This document shows positions 27,463-37,448 of a stretch of 64,000 bases of DNA, one piece after another. A program made the position numbers and the translations under genes. Where the stretch lies: assembly GCA_964568775.1 (NCBI GenBank), contig CAZMQW010000002.1, forward strand, positions 4,354 through 68,353, written 5' to 3'. Numbering within the stretch: position 1 is the stretch's first letter; each line of letters starts with the position of its first letter. Under the pieces are notes generated by a model, which made no database searches, was not told where the DNA came from, and worked only from the letters and a program-made list of their open reading frames with translations. This DNA comes from an uncultured Candidatus Saccharibacteria bacterium. GTDB lineage: Bacteria; Patescibacteriota; Minisyncoccia; Minisyncoccales; MHMH01.

Positions 27463-28392
27463 TCAACGCCTGGCAACCTTAAACTCTATATTATTTTTGC
27501 CGCGAGCTTTGGTGGAATAATACCGAGTTAAATCTTCAGCTTTTTTAATGATCTTTGGAGCAATCTTTTTTTGGCTATAATTCCTAATTAAAGTTAAGGG
27601 CCCGGGGCAATCTTTCATTTCAATCAAAACATCTCCTTTTCTGGCTAGCTTCTTAATTTTTTTGTTTTCTTTTTCATTTCTCCCGACAATAATTTTCACT
27701 TTACCTTGCCAAAAATGCCTCCCCAGTTTTAACGTCCCAATATCGTTACCCTCGCACTCGGGACAAATCCTTAAAAGCTCTTTTAGCTTTTTACCAAATT
27801 CCGAATCGGTCAAAAGGCAACCGCCGGCTGGAGTGGGATACCATTTAATCCGCCACTCCTTGGCTAAAGCGATCTGTCTTTTCCTGGAACGGCCGCTGAT
27901 ATCTAAAAGTTTATCCCGATTGATAATACCTTTCTCTTCGAGGATAGTCGGTTTCAGTAATTCGGCTGAAAGCGGCCTTAATAAATAACCGCTCAAAGAA
28001 GATTCTTTCTCAATCAATTTTAAGGCGCCGGTATTTTGCGACATCGGCCGCTCGCCCAATACTTCGCCGGTTGCCACCAAATCAAATTTCCCTTTTTTCA
28101 TTACCTCTTTGGCTTTCTTCAACATTAGAATATGGCAGTCAATACATGGATTCATGGCCCGGCCGTATCCGTAGCTCGGCTTTTTGACCATCTTTAAATG
28201 CTCTCGGGAAATATCAATAACTTTTAAGGGTATCCTTAAAACCTCGGCTGCCTTTTTAGCCTGTTTTGAATCAAAAAAATAGCTCTTAAAAGAAAGAGCC
28301 GTAACTTTTATCCCCTGCTTTTTTAACAGCTGAGCGGCCAGGATTGAATCTAAGCCTCCTGACAATAAAATCAGCGCTTTAACTTTTTCCAT
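27463..28392 (-). CDS. PP-loop tRNA sulfurtransferase (ThiI/MnmA-like, no THUMP domain)
   Basis: SGGLDS, NPCIDC, TGEVLGERPMSQ, GGCLLT; start at MEKVKA. Confidence 0.75.
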   Translation of the reverse strand: MEKVKALILLSGGLDSILAAQLLKKQGIKVTALSFKSYFFDSKQAKKAAEVLRIPLKVIDISREHLKMVKKPSYGYGRAMNPCIDCHILMLKKAKEVMKKGKFDLVATGEVLGERPMSQNTGALKLIEKESSLSGYLLRPLSAELLKPTILEEKGIINRDKLLDISGRSRKRQIALAKEWRIKWYPTPAGGCLLTDSEFGKKLKELLRICPECEGNDIGTLKLGRHFWQGKVKIIVGRNEKENKKIKKLARKGDVLIEMKDCPGPLTLIRNYSQKKIAPKIIKKAEDLTRYYSTKARGKNNIEFKVARR

Positions 28393-29539
28393 TGGTAAAT
28401 TTGGTGTAAAACGTCTTATTGTCTTCGATGTCTTCAAATACTACTGAAGCTGGGCCAATCTTGACGTTTGAACCAATCAGAGTCCCGGGCATCAAAGAGG
28501 AATTGATACCGATATGAGAACTCCTGCCGACAATTACCCCCAAGGACTTAAGATTAGTTTCTTTTATCTTTCCCCTGTCCAATCTGACGTTACCCGTAAC
28601 CGTACCAGCTCCGACCCGACAGCCTTCGCCGAGGATTGAATCGCCGAAATAGCCGGAGTGGACGTGAACGTTCGGCTGAAAAAGAGATCGGGCCACCTCG
28701 GCTTGAGCGCCGACCACTACTCCTTCTTCTAAATCAGTGTAGTCTCTGACTAAGGCATTGTTTCCCACAACACAGTTATCACCAATATAACAAGGTCCTT
28801 TAACGACAGCTCCCTTTAAAATCTTGACGTTTTTGCCCAGTCTATTTTTTTTACCCAATTTTTTATCAAATAAGTATCTGGCCAAAGAAAACAAATGCCA
28901 AGGATGTTTCAGGGTAGAAAAATCTTCCCGAGCCTCGACAAAACCAACCTTGCCTTCTTTGATATAAAGTTTTAGTGCTTCTTCAAAAGAATAATGCTCT
29001 TGCGGCAAGCGCTGGTGATATTCAAAAAAGGTAGGCGGGAGCAAATAAACAGCGTCTAATTTTATATTGGATGGCTCCTGCCCCTTGGCCGGCTTTTCAA
29101 CCAAGCCTTTGACTTTATCGTTCTCTATTTTCAAAACTCCGTAATGCCAAGGCTGGTCGGTTTTTACCCCCAATAGAACAATTTCCTTTTTCTTTTTATT
29201 CATCTCCGAAACATAGTCGCCCGCATTTACTTTGTGCCCGCCGACAACAAAGAAAGGGCCGGATATTAGTTCGCGGGTCCGTGAAACTGCCTCACCCATG
29301 CCTTTTGGTTCCGGCTGGACAATGTATTTGATATCTCCGCATTTATAGTCTTTCAACCCTTCTTCAATATCTTTTTCGGGCCCCTGAATAATGATAATGT
29401 CTTTTACACCGGCTTTTTTGAGACTTTCAATAGTGTAATAAATCAAAGGCTTGCCCATTATTTTAAAAAGGGCTTTGTTCTGATAATTCAAAGGCCAGAA
29501 ACGGGAACTTTCTCCGGCAGCTAAAATTATTGCTGGCAT
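28379..29539 (-). CDS. Bifunctional sugar-1-phosphate nucleotidyltransferase/acetyltransferase (archaeal GlmU-like)
   Basis: ILAAGES.RFWPL..K, VEKP, hexapeptide repeats, Y.GDSILG. Confidence 0.8.
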   Translation of the reverse strand: MPAIILAAGESSRFWPLNYQNKALFKIMGKPLIYYTIESLKKAGVKDIIIIQGPEKDIEEGLKDYKCGDIKYIVQPEPKGMGEAVSRTRELISGPFFVVGGHKVNAGDYVSEMNKKKKEIVLLGVKTDQPWHYGVLKIENDKVKGLVEKPAKGQEPSNIKLDAVYLLPPTFFEYHQRLPQEHYSFEEALKLYIKEGKVGFVEAREDFSTLKHPWHLFSLARYLFDKKLGKKNRLGKNVKILKGAVVKGPCYIGDNCVVGNNALVRDYTDLEEGVVVGAQAEVARSLFQPNVHVHSGYFGDSILGEGCRVGAGTVTGNVRLDRGKIKETNLKSLGVIVGRSSHIGINSSLMPGTLIGSNVKIGPASVVFEDIEDNKTFYTKFTNGKS

Positions 29540-30528
29540 AGTTTTAGGATTATTTTGGCTATTTTTTGTGGATCGTGAAGAACCATTGTTCTTTGATTGG
29601 CTCCCTCGACCATGGTGTCGGCCGGATTTAACTCGCGGATGTTCTGACGTAAAACGTCTTCGCCGATGAAATTCTCTTTACCGAGTAAATCTTGGCCGTA
29701 TTTTATAAACTCTGCCTTGGGAAAAACTTTCTTCACCTCGGCGGCCGCTTCTCCGGATAATTCTCCGGTGTTGAAAATGACGTAATCAATAACGTCTTTG
29801 CCTATATATTTTTCCAGCTCAGCCACGAAATCTTCCACTGAGAAACCGTCGGTGTTGCCTTCCTGGGTCATTAAATTACAGATAAAAACTTTCTTGGCTT
29901 TAGCTTCTCTGACGGCTTTCTTGATCCCCGGTATTAAAAAACTGGGAATAACGCTGGTATAGAATTTGCCCGGGCCGATGACAATTAAATCTGCTTCATT
30001 AATCGCCGCCACTGCTCTGGGATTTTCTTTGGGTTCGGGGTCCAAATATGTCCTGGCAATCCCTGTTTCGGATAAATGAGCGCAGTCAATAATACTTTCT
30101 TCGTCTGCCAGTTTTTCGCCGTTCTTCAGCTCAACTTTTATGTCTGAACCATCTAAGGTCACGGGGATGACATCTTCTTCCACCCCCAGCTCTTTTTGGC
30201 AGATGCTTATTGATTCGCTGAATCCTTTGGCAACCGCCAAATCTTTTAGTCTGATGTTGCCCTTGGCGTGACCTTTTAAATCGCCTTCGGCGTAGCGGGA
30301 ATTAAACTCCCGCGCTTTGTCTTTTTCTTTAGCTAGAGCGACCAGTGTCTGTCTGATGTCTCCCATCGGCAGGACGCCGAATTCCTCTCTCAACTTACCG
30401 CTGGAGCCGCCGCTGTCAAACATTGTCACCACAGCGGTCAGATTCACTGGATATTTCTGCAACCCGGACAAAACAACTGGCACGCCGGTTCCTCCGCCCA
30501 AGCAGACTATTTTTTTAGCTTTTTCCAT
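29527..30528 (-). CDS. yvcK: YvcK/GlmR (CofD-like) family protein
   Basis: LGGGTG, DSGGSSG.LR, GDIR, GPG..YTSVIP, NLMTQ. Confidence 0.9.
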   Translation of the reverse strand: MEKAKKIVCLGGGTGVPVVLSGLQKYPVNLTAVVTMFDSGGSSGKLREEFGVLPMGDIRQTLVALAKEKDKAREFNSRYAEGDLKGHAKGNIRLKDLAVAKGFSESISICQKELGVEEDVIPVTLDGSDIKVELKNGEKLADEESIIDCAHLSETGIARTYLDPEPKENPRAVAAINEADLIVIGPGKFYTSVIPSFLIPGIKKAVREAKAKKVFICNLMTQEGNTDGFSVEDFVAELEKYIGKDVIDYVIFNTGELSGEAAAEVKKVFPKAEFIKYGQDLLGKENFIGEDVLRQNIRELNPADTMVEGANQRTMVLHDPQKIAKIILKLCQQ

Positions 30529-31087
30529 GTTTTTTGGCTAAAGCGAAGGTTTTTTGGTTTACCTTTAAAAACTGCTTGGGAATTACTTTTTTAATGGCGG
30601 CTTCAACCGCCTCAGGCGGCAGAGGAATCATATTTTCAAAAGTAGCCAGACTCAAAAGATAAACGCCGGCAGTTACCCCGCTTACTTCAACCGTTTTTAT
30701 TTTTTTGGTTATCTTTTTGAGCGCAGCTGTAATTTGTTTTTCGGTCAAAGTTTTTTGCAGAGGTATAGGCACAGCGTACCGATTTATTAAAAAAGTGGTT
30801 TTCGGGCTGGCAAAAAAGCCCGCCCTCAAAGCCTCCTGCATCTCCAAAGCAATAACCAAATCGGCTTTAGCTTGAGGCACCATCGGTGAATATATTTCTT
30901 TGCCGAATCTGATATGGACTTCAACCGAACCGCCTCGCTGGCTGAGGCCGTGGAGTTCGGAAGTTTTAACATCAAACCCAGAAGCCAGAGCAGCTTCGGC
31001 GATAATCTGCAAAAGAGTAATCAGCCCCTGTCCTCCGACCCCGACAATGACGATATTAAACTGGTCTACTTTTTGACGAATTTGCAT
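30515..31087 (-). CDS. iorB: Indolepyruvate oxidoreductase beta subunit-like
   Basis: GVGGQG, SELHGLSQRGGSV..HIR. Confidence 0.85.
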   Translation of the reverse strand: MQIRQKVDQFNIVIVGVGGQGLITLLQIIAEAALASGFDVKTSELHGLSQRGGSVEVHIRFGKEIYSPMVPQAKADLVIALEMQEALRAGFFASPKTTFLINRYAVPIPLQKTLTEKQITAALKKITKKIKTVEVSGVTAGVYLLSLATFENMIPLPPEAVEAAIKKVIPKQFLKVNQKTFALAKKHGKS

Positions 31088-32649
31088 GGATGTCTGGCGA
31101 TAATTACCGAAACTTCTTTTTTGTTGACGAATTCTTTAACCGTTTTAATGAATTCAGTCTGGTCGACCGGGTCAATGATTTTCAGATTCTTAATTCCAAG
31201 GGCCCGAACAATGTTTTCTATCTTGAGCCCTTTTATGCCCGGATGGGGCTGATGGCCGGTCATAGCCGTGGTTTGGTTGTCTAAAACAATAACTAAAGGA
31301 TTGGATTTATTGAAAACCGTGTTGATCAAAGGCGGTATGCCGGCGTGAAAAAAGGTTGAATCGCCGATAAAAGCAATCAGTTTCTGGCCAGTCGCTTTTT
31401 TGATGCCGTGAGCTATGCCGATTGAAGAACCCATGCAGCTCAGATAATCCTGAATAAAAAGAGGCGGGGTGCCAGCCAGCATGTAACAACCGATGTCGCC
31501 GCCGAACACTACCTCTTTGGGGTTAACCGCTTTTTTGACTCCGTTGAAAACAAACCAGTAAGGGCAACCGGGGCAGAATTGCGGCCGGCGCTTTAAAACT
31601 GGCAACTTTTTTTCTGGCAACCGATATTTCCTGTTAAGAATTTTAGCTAAAGCCGAGGTTACCAGGCCCGGTTTTAATTCGCCGACTTCGGGCAGCAGGT
31701 TCTTGCCGAAAACTTGAAGAGAGCAGTTTACTTCCTTTGCTAAAACTTTGACTTCTCTCTCTAAATACGGCTCCAATTCTTCAACTACCAGAACCTTCTT
31801 CAGATTTTTAATGAATGATTTAATCTTTCTTTCCGGTAAAGGATAAAAGAAATTAAGTTTTAAAACCGGCAAAGAAAGTTTTAGTTCTTTAAAAGCTTCT
31901 TTAACGTATAAATAGGAAACGCCGGAGGTAATGATGCCAATATTGGGAACTGAACTATTTTTACCCAATATTGAACCTCGTTCAGTCTCAGCCAATTGGC
32001 CAATCTGCTTGATTTTATCAAGCATTTCTTTTTTCATCTCCATTACCCGAGGCGGCATGGTAACGAATTTGTCAGTGTTTTTGATGAATTTGCCAGTAGA
32101 AGCTTTTTTCAACGGCAAAGTGTCAAGCTTCACCGGCATTTTCTGATGAGATACTCTGGTGGTTGTCCTGATCATGACTGGAATTTTGTATCTGGCTGAA
32201 ATCTGAAAGGCCAACTTGGTAAAATCCTTGCATTCCTGGGGATCAGCCGGCTCTAAAATAGGTATGTGGGCTAAATAAGCAAAAGCCCGACTGTTTTCTT
32301 CTGACTGGGCCGAACTGTGGCAGGAAGGATCATCGGCCACCAAGATTACCGTCGGGCCCTTGGTGCCGGTGTAGACAAAAGGCAATAGAGCGTCTGAGGC
32401 TACGTTCAAACCAAAGTTTTTCATGGCCACCAGAGTTTTTAACCCTGAAAAAGAAGCACCTACACCAGCTTCCAAGGCGACTTTCTCGTTGACAGAAAAC
32501 TCAAAATAGACTCCGTGCCTGGGAGCTATCTTAAAGAAAGTATTGCCGATCTCAGAGGCTGGCGTGCCCGGATAAGTGGAAACAAACTGCACTCCACTCT
32601 CCAGGGCCCCCCTGACAATAGCTTCGTTACCGAGTAAGATTTTCTTCAT
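31066..32649 (-). CDS. iorA: Indolepyruvate oxidoreductase alpha subunit-like (TPP enzyme), no C-terminal ferredoxin
   Basis: LGNEAI, YPGTP, NEKVALE, CPGCP, GDIGC, GDSTFFH..N, TAMTG. Confidence 0.88.
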   Translation of the reverse strand: MKKILLGNEAIVRGALESGVQFVSTYPGTPASEIGNTFFKIAPRHGVYFEFSVNEKVALEAGVGASFSGLKTLVAMKNFGLNVASDALLPFVYTGTKGPTVILVADDPSCHSSAQSEENSRAFAYLAHIPILEPADPQECKDFTKLAFQISARYKIPVMIRTTTRVSHQKMPVKLDTLPLKKASTGKFIKNTDKFVTMPPRVMEMKKEMLDKIKQIGQLAETERGSILGKNSSVPNIGIITSGVSYLYVKEAFKELKLSLPVLKLNFFYPLPERKIKSFIKNLKKVLVVEELEPYLEREVKVLAKEVNCSLQVFGKNLLPEVGELKPGLVTSALAKILNRKYRLPEKKLPVLKRRPQFCPGCPYWFVFNGVKKAVNPKEVVFGGDIGCYMLAGTPPLFIQDYLSCMGSSIGIAHGIKKATGQKLIAFIGDSTFFHAGIPPLINTVFNKSNPLVIVLDNQTTAMTGHQPHPGIKGLKIENIVRALGIKNLKIIDPVDQTEFIKTVKEFVNKKEVSVIIARHPCKFVKK

Positions 32650-32652
32650 ATT

Positions 32653-34461
32653 TTATTCAACGGTGACTGATTTGGCCAAGTTTCTCGGCTTATCAACATC
32701 GCACCCCCTTAACACTCCCATATGATAGGCAAAAAGCTGTAAAGGTATAACGCTCAGAATAGGAGTTAACATTTCCAAAGTCTTGGGAATATAGATGACA
32801 TCGTCAGCCACTTTTTTTATTGCCTCATTTCCCTGAGTAGCCAAAGCAATAATCGGACCCTTCCTGGCCTTAACCTCTTCCATATTGGCCACTACTTTCT
32901 CGTAAACCGAATCAGACGGGCAAATGGCAAAAGTGGGGAAATTTTCATCGATCAAAGCCAGCGGCCCGTGTTTCATCTCTCCCGCACAATAGCCTTCAGC
33001 GTGAATATAGGATATCTCTTTCAATTTCAAAGCTCCCTCCAGGGCGATAGGATAGTTGTATTTGCGGCCAAGGAAAAAGAAATTAGAATAATTTTGGTAT
33101 TTTTCAACCAAGCTCTTGATTTCCCCGTCCAATTTCAAAACCTCTCTAACTAATTCGGGAAGTCTTTTGAGCTCTCGGGCAATTCGCTGGCCTATCACCA
33201 TGGAGAGTTGATTTTGTCGGCCCAAAAACAAGGTAAAAAGGGCTAAAATAATCAGTTGGGAGGTAAAGGCTTTGGTTGAAGCTACCCCAATCTCTGGTCC
33301 AGCGTGATTATAAATGCCGACATCGGTTTCCCTGGCTAGGGAAGAGGCAATCGTGTTGATGATGCCGATACTTGTAATACCTTTTTCTTTTACTTCTCTC
33401 AAGGCAGAGAGAGTGTCAGCGGTTTCACCTGATTGGGATATAAAAATGGCAACTGTTTTTTTGTCCAGAACCGACTTGCGGTAGCGGAACTCGGAAGCCA
33501 GATCAACGTCTACCGGAAAATTGGCGTATTCTTCCAGCATATATTCCCCAACCATGCCAGCGTGATAAGCCGTACCGCAGGCAACGATGTTCAACCTTTC
33601 AACTTCTCTTAGTTTTTCTTTAATCACATCCAATCCTCCCAACTTGACCAAGCCTTCCTCTATCAACAGCCTGCCTTTTAAAGCGTTATCAATACTTAAA
33701 GGCTGCTCCATGATTTCTTTGAGCATAAAGTGAGGATAGCCTTTTTTCTGAGCTTCTTCCGCCTCGACTGTTAATATTTCGGGCTGCTTTTCTTTCAGTA
33801 TGAAAAAGTCCTGGGGGGTGATAATGGCGATCTCGTTGTCGTCCAGGTTGATTACTTTTTTGGCATAAGGGCTGATGGCATTGGCGTCGGAAGCAACAAT
33901 ATATTCATCGTCGTTAGTCCCGATTAGAAGAGGACTAGACAGGCGGGCGGCCACGATTTTTTGCGGGTCATCTCTGGAAATAACGACAATGCCGTAAGTT
34001 CCTTTCACCAATTTTAAGGCCTTCCTGACCGCTGTTTCCAGGTTGCCCTCGAAATGCTTCTCAATCAAATGGGCCATGACCTCGGTATCGGTTTCAGAGG
34101 TAAACTGGTGGCCCTCTTTAATAAGATTTTCTTTGAGTTCCGAATAGTTTTCAATAATGCCGTTGTGCACCAAATAGATATTGCCCTTGCAATCACAATG
34201 GGGATGGGCGTTAGCTTCGGTGGCGGCGCCGGTGGTCGCCCAACGAACGTGGCCCAAGCCGATGGCGCTGTTGAAATGGTTGTCTACTAATTTACTTTCC
34301 AGGTTCTCTAGCTTGCCGACAGCTTTGAGGCAAACTAACTGATTGTTTTCCAAAACAACAAGGCCCGAGGAGTCATATCCCCGGTAGCTTTCTCTTCTTA
34401 AGCCGTCAAGCAAAATAGGTACGGCGTTCTTTTTGCCGATGTAGCCGACTATACCACACAT
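32653..34461 (-). CDS. glmS: Glutamine-fructose-6-phosphate transaminase
   Basis: MCGIVG, YRGYDS, SQSGET, EGALKLKE, PRNLAKSVTVE. Confidence 0.98.
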   Translation of the reverse strand: MCGIVGYIGKKNAVPILLDGLRRESYRGYDSSGLVVLENNQLVCLKAVGKLENLESKLVDNHFNSAIGLGHVRWATTGAATEANAHPHCDCKGNIYLVHNGIIENYSELKENLIKEGHQFTSETDTEVMAHLIEKHFEGNLETAVRKALKLVKGTYGIVVISRDDPQKIVAARLSSPLLIGTNDDEYIVASDANAISPYAKKVINLDDNEIAIITPQDFFILKEKQPEILTVEAEEAQKKGYPHFMLKEIMEQPLSIDNALKGRLLIEEGLVKLGGLDVIKEKLREVERLNIVACGTAYHAGMVGEYMLEEYANFPVDVDLASEFRYRKSVLDKKTVAIFISQSGETADTLSALREVKEKGITSIGIINTIASSLARETDVGIYNHAGPEIGVASTKAFTSQLIILALFTLFLGRQNQLSMVIGQRIARELKRLPELVREVLKLDGEIKSLVEKYQNYSNFFFLGRKYNYPIALEGALKLKEISYIHAEGYCAGEMKHGPLALIDENFPTFAICPSDSVYEKVVANMEEVKARKGPIIALATQGNEAIKKVADDVIYIPKTLEMLTPILSVIPLQLFAYHMGVLRGCDVDKPRNLAKSVTVE

Positions 34462-34463
34462 AA

Positions 34464-36860
34464 TTAAACAACGATATTGATTAGTTTCCCTTTGATAAAT
34501 ATCACCTTTTTCACTTTTTTATTCAATATGTGCTTTTTAACTTTTTCTCGGGCTAAAGTCAATTCTTTGGCCTCTTTCTCGGAGATGCCAGCTTTAACCT
34601 CGATTCTGTCCCGAACCCTGCCGTTAACCTGAATAATTAGGGTCGTTATTTTTTCTTTGATCAGTTTTTTATCGTATTGGGGCCATTTTTCCAAAAAGAT
34701 GCTCTTTTTATGGCCTAGTCTTTGCCATAATTCTTCGGCCAGGTGGGGAGAAAAGGGAGAAAGTAGAATTAAAAACTTTTCAATTATCTCCCGGCCAGTT
34801 TCTTTTTTGTTTAGCTGAACCAAGTTGATAAACTCCATGAAGCTAGCGACAGTGGTGTTAAACTTTGTCGCGGCCATATCTTCGTCTATCTTTTTATTAA
34901 GCTTGTGGAGTGCTCTTAAAACTTCTGGGCTGGTTTTTTTATTTCCCTGGCAATCCAAAACTACTTTCCAGGCTCTTTCCAAAAAGCGATAGGCTCCTTT
35001 GACTCCCTGGGTGCTCCAAGAAATCGTCTGGTCGAATGGACCCATAAACATTTCATACATTCTTAAGGTGTCTGCTCCATATTGTTTAATAATGTCGTCG
35101 GGGTTGATGACGTTGCCGAAAGACTTGGACATCTTCCGGCCGTCTTCGGCCAAAACAATGCCCTGAGAGGTTCTCCTTTGATAGGGCTCCGGAGTTGGCG
35201 CTACTTTAATGTCAAAAAGGAATTTGTAGACGAACCTTGAGTACAAAAGGTGCAAAGTAGTATGCTCCATGCCCCCGTTATACCAATCAACCGGCAGCCA
35301 GTATTTTAATTTCTTTTTATCGGCCAAAGATTTATCGTTGCGAGGGTCGGTATAACGCATGAAATACCAGTTAGAGCCGGCCCAATTGGGCATAGTGTCG
35401 GTTTCTCTCTTAGCCGGTCCTTTACATTTGGGACATTTAACGTTAACCCATTCGGTGATATTAGCCAAGGGCGACTCGCCAGTGGCGGTCGGCTGATATT
35501 TTTCAACGTAAGGCAACTCAACCGGCAAAGCTTTTTCCGGTACGGCTACTGCCCCGCATTTTTCACAATGAATAATCGGAATGGGCTCGCCCCAGTAGTG
35601 CTGGCGCGAAAAAACCCAGTCCCGCAATCTGTATTGGAGTTTTTTCCTGCCCAATCCTTTTCCCTCTAAGCTCTTGGTGATTTTTTTAATTGCTTCTTGG
35701 GAAGATAGACCATCAAACTTATTGGAATTGATCAAAATACCGTAATCAACAAAAGCATCTTTGGAAATATTGCCACCGGAAACAACTTCCTTAATTCTCA
35801 AATCGTACTTTTTGGCAAAATCATAATCGCGGTAATCGTGGGCTGGCACCATCATTACAGCTCCCCCGCCGTAAGATGCCACCACATAGTCGCCGACCCA
35901 AACCGGCACCTTCTCATTGCTCAACGGATTTAAGCAATAACTTCCGGTGAAAATGCCAGTTTTTTCTTTTTCAGCTGTTTCTCTTTCAAAATCGCTTTTA
36001 TTTTTAGCGTCATTGATATATTTTGCTACTTTGTCTTTATTCTCTTTAATAACCAATTGCTCAACTAAAGGATGCTCTGGCGCCAAAACAATAGCTGTCG
36101 TGCCAAAAAGAGTGTCGGCTCTCGTGGTAAAAACTTTAATACTGTCTTTAAAGCCCTCAACTTTAAAATCAATCTCAGTGCCATAGCTTTTGCCGATCCA
36201 ATTTATCTGCTGCGCCTTGACTTTATCGGGATAATCCAATTTTTTAAGATCGCCAATCAGCCTATCGGCATAATCGGTAATTTTAATCATCCATTGTTTC
36301 AAAACTTTCTTCTCAACCGGAGTACCGCAGCGCTCGCAATCACCCGAAACTACTTCTTCGTTCGCCAAACCAATCTTACAGGATGGACACCAGTTAATCG
36401 GCATTTCTGCTTGATAAGCTAGCCCCTTTTCAAAAAGTTTTAGGAAAATCCATTGAGTCCATTTATAGTATCCTGGTTCTGTGGTGTTAATTTCACGATT
36501 CCAATCAAAAGAAAGGCCCAAAGATTTTAATTGCTTCTTGAAGATTTTAATATTTTTCTCGGTGGCTACCTGGGGATGAATGCCGGTTTTCAAGGCGTAG
36601 TTCTCGGTCGGCAGACCAAATGCATCCCAACCAATTGGGAATAAAACATTATATCCTTCCATTCTCTTTTTCCGGACAATAGCGTCCAAAGCCGCATAGC
36701 TGCGGACGTGACCGACATGAAGACCATCGCCCGAAGGATAAGGGAATTCAACCAAAATATACTGCTTTTTTGAAGCACCGTCTTTAGCTTGGTAGAATTT
36801 ATTTTCTTCCCAATATTTCTGCCACTTGGATTCAATCGCTTGAGGATTATAATCTGTCAT
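34464..36860 (-). CDS. leuS: Leucine-tRNA ligase
   Basis: PYPSG..LHVGH, TTRADT editing domain, SRQHYWG, KMSKS; start at MTDYNP. Confidence 0.97.
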   Translation of the reverse strand: MTDYNPQAIESKWQKYWEENKFYQAKDGASKKQYILVEFPYPSGDGLHVGHVRSYAALDAIVRKKRMEGYNVLFPIGWDAFGLPTENYALKTGIHPQVATEKNIKIFKKQLKSLGLSFDWNREINTTEPGYYKWTQWIFLKLFEKGLAYQAEMPINWCPSCKIGLANEEVVSGDCERCGTPVEKKVLKQWMIKITDYADRLIGDLKKLDYPDKVKAQQINWIGKSYGTEIDFKVEGFKDSIKVFTTRADTLFGTTAIVLAPEHPLVEQLVIKENKDKVAKYINDAKNKSDFERETAEKEKTGIFTGSYCLNPLSNEKVPVWVGDYVVASYGGGAVMMVPAHDYRDYDFAKKYDLRIKEVVSGGNISKDAFVDYGILINSNKFDGLSSQEAIKKITKSLEGKGLGRKKLQYRLRDWVFSRQHYWGEPIPIIHCEKCGAVAVPEKALPVELPYVEKYQPTATGESPLANITEWVNVKCPKCKGPAKRETDTMPNWAGSNWYFMRYTDPRNDKSLADKKKLKYWLPVDWYNGGMEHTTLHLLYSRFVYKFLFDIKVAPTPEPYQRRTSQGIVLAEDGRKMSKSFGNVINPDDIIKQYGADTLRMYEMFMGPFDQTISWSTQGVKGAYRFLERAWKVVLDCQGNKKTSPEVLRALHKLNKKIDEDMAATKFNTTVASFMEFINLVQLNKKETGREIIEKFLILLSPFSPHLAEELWQRLGHKKSIFLEKWPQYDKKLIKEKITTLIIQVNGRVRDRIEVKAGISEKEAKELTLAREKVKKHILNKKVKKVIFIKGKLINIVV

Positions 36861-36871
36861 AGCTATGTCTA

Positions 36872-36904
36872 AGTTTATCATAAAAAAACAGCTTTCTCAA
36901 GCTG
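36872..36904 (-). promoter_or_regulatory. Overlapping terminator (CAGCTT-GAGA-AAGCTG + U7) and leuS promoter TTGAGA-17 bp-(TG.)TAAACT
   Basis: Direct reading of the intergenic sequence. Confidence 0.5.
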
Positions 36905-36929
36905 ATTTTGATCGTGAATTAATTATATT

Positions 36930-37436
36930 TTACTTCCTTATATGCTTTAAAGCCTGCTCAACTCTTTCATTAACCGAACCCGTTAAAGTGATATATTTTA
37001 TATTTTTCTCATCTAAAAATTCCTTGTAGGTGGCATCAACAACCGGCTGTAAATCCTTGCTTCTAAAACCATCTTCCTCCATCGGGAATTCAACTGGGAG
37101 ATAAAAAACAAAGTCGTAGTTAGCATTTCTCTCAATGAATTTTTCAACCATCGCCATAATCTCTTCATCTTTTATAACTATCTTTCCGTAAACTAAATAA
37201 TCATACAGACATTTATCCGCTACCCAAGGTTCTTTAGTAGTAGTTTCCAAAAACCACTGCTGGGCAGCCAACCAAAGCTGCAAATCGGCTGGGGTGTTCT
37301 CATTAATAGCAACTCCTTTAGGTATTACCTCTTCTCTGACTATATCATGAATGTAATTTCCATTTATCGCTTTGGCCAAAGCCTTGGCGAATTCAGTTTT
37401 CCCAGCGCCGTGTGTTGCGGTGATTGCGATTTTCAT
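36930..37436 (-). CDS. P-loop nucleotide kinase-like protein (AAA_28/NadR-like)
   Basis: ATHGAGKT Walker A, WVADKCLYD, YDFVFYLP, G.V.ER. Confidence 0.75.
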   Translation of the reverse strand: MKIAITATHGAGKTEFAKALAKAINGNYIHDIVREEVIPKGVAINENTPADLQLWLAAQQWFLETTTKEPWVADKCLYDYLVYGKIVIKDEEIMAMVEKFIERNANYDFVFYLPVEFPMEEDGFRSKDLQPVVDATYKEFLDEKNIKYITLTGSVNERVEQALKHIRK

Positions 37437-37448
37437 AATTTACCTAAT

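Noticed and set aside
34455-34470. glmS ribozyme
   Set aside because: Only 2 nt separate leuS and glmS
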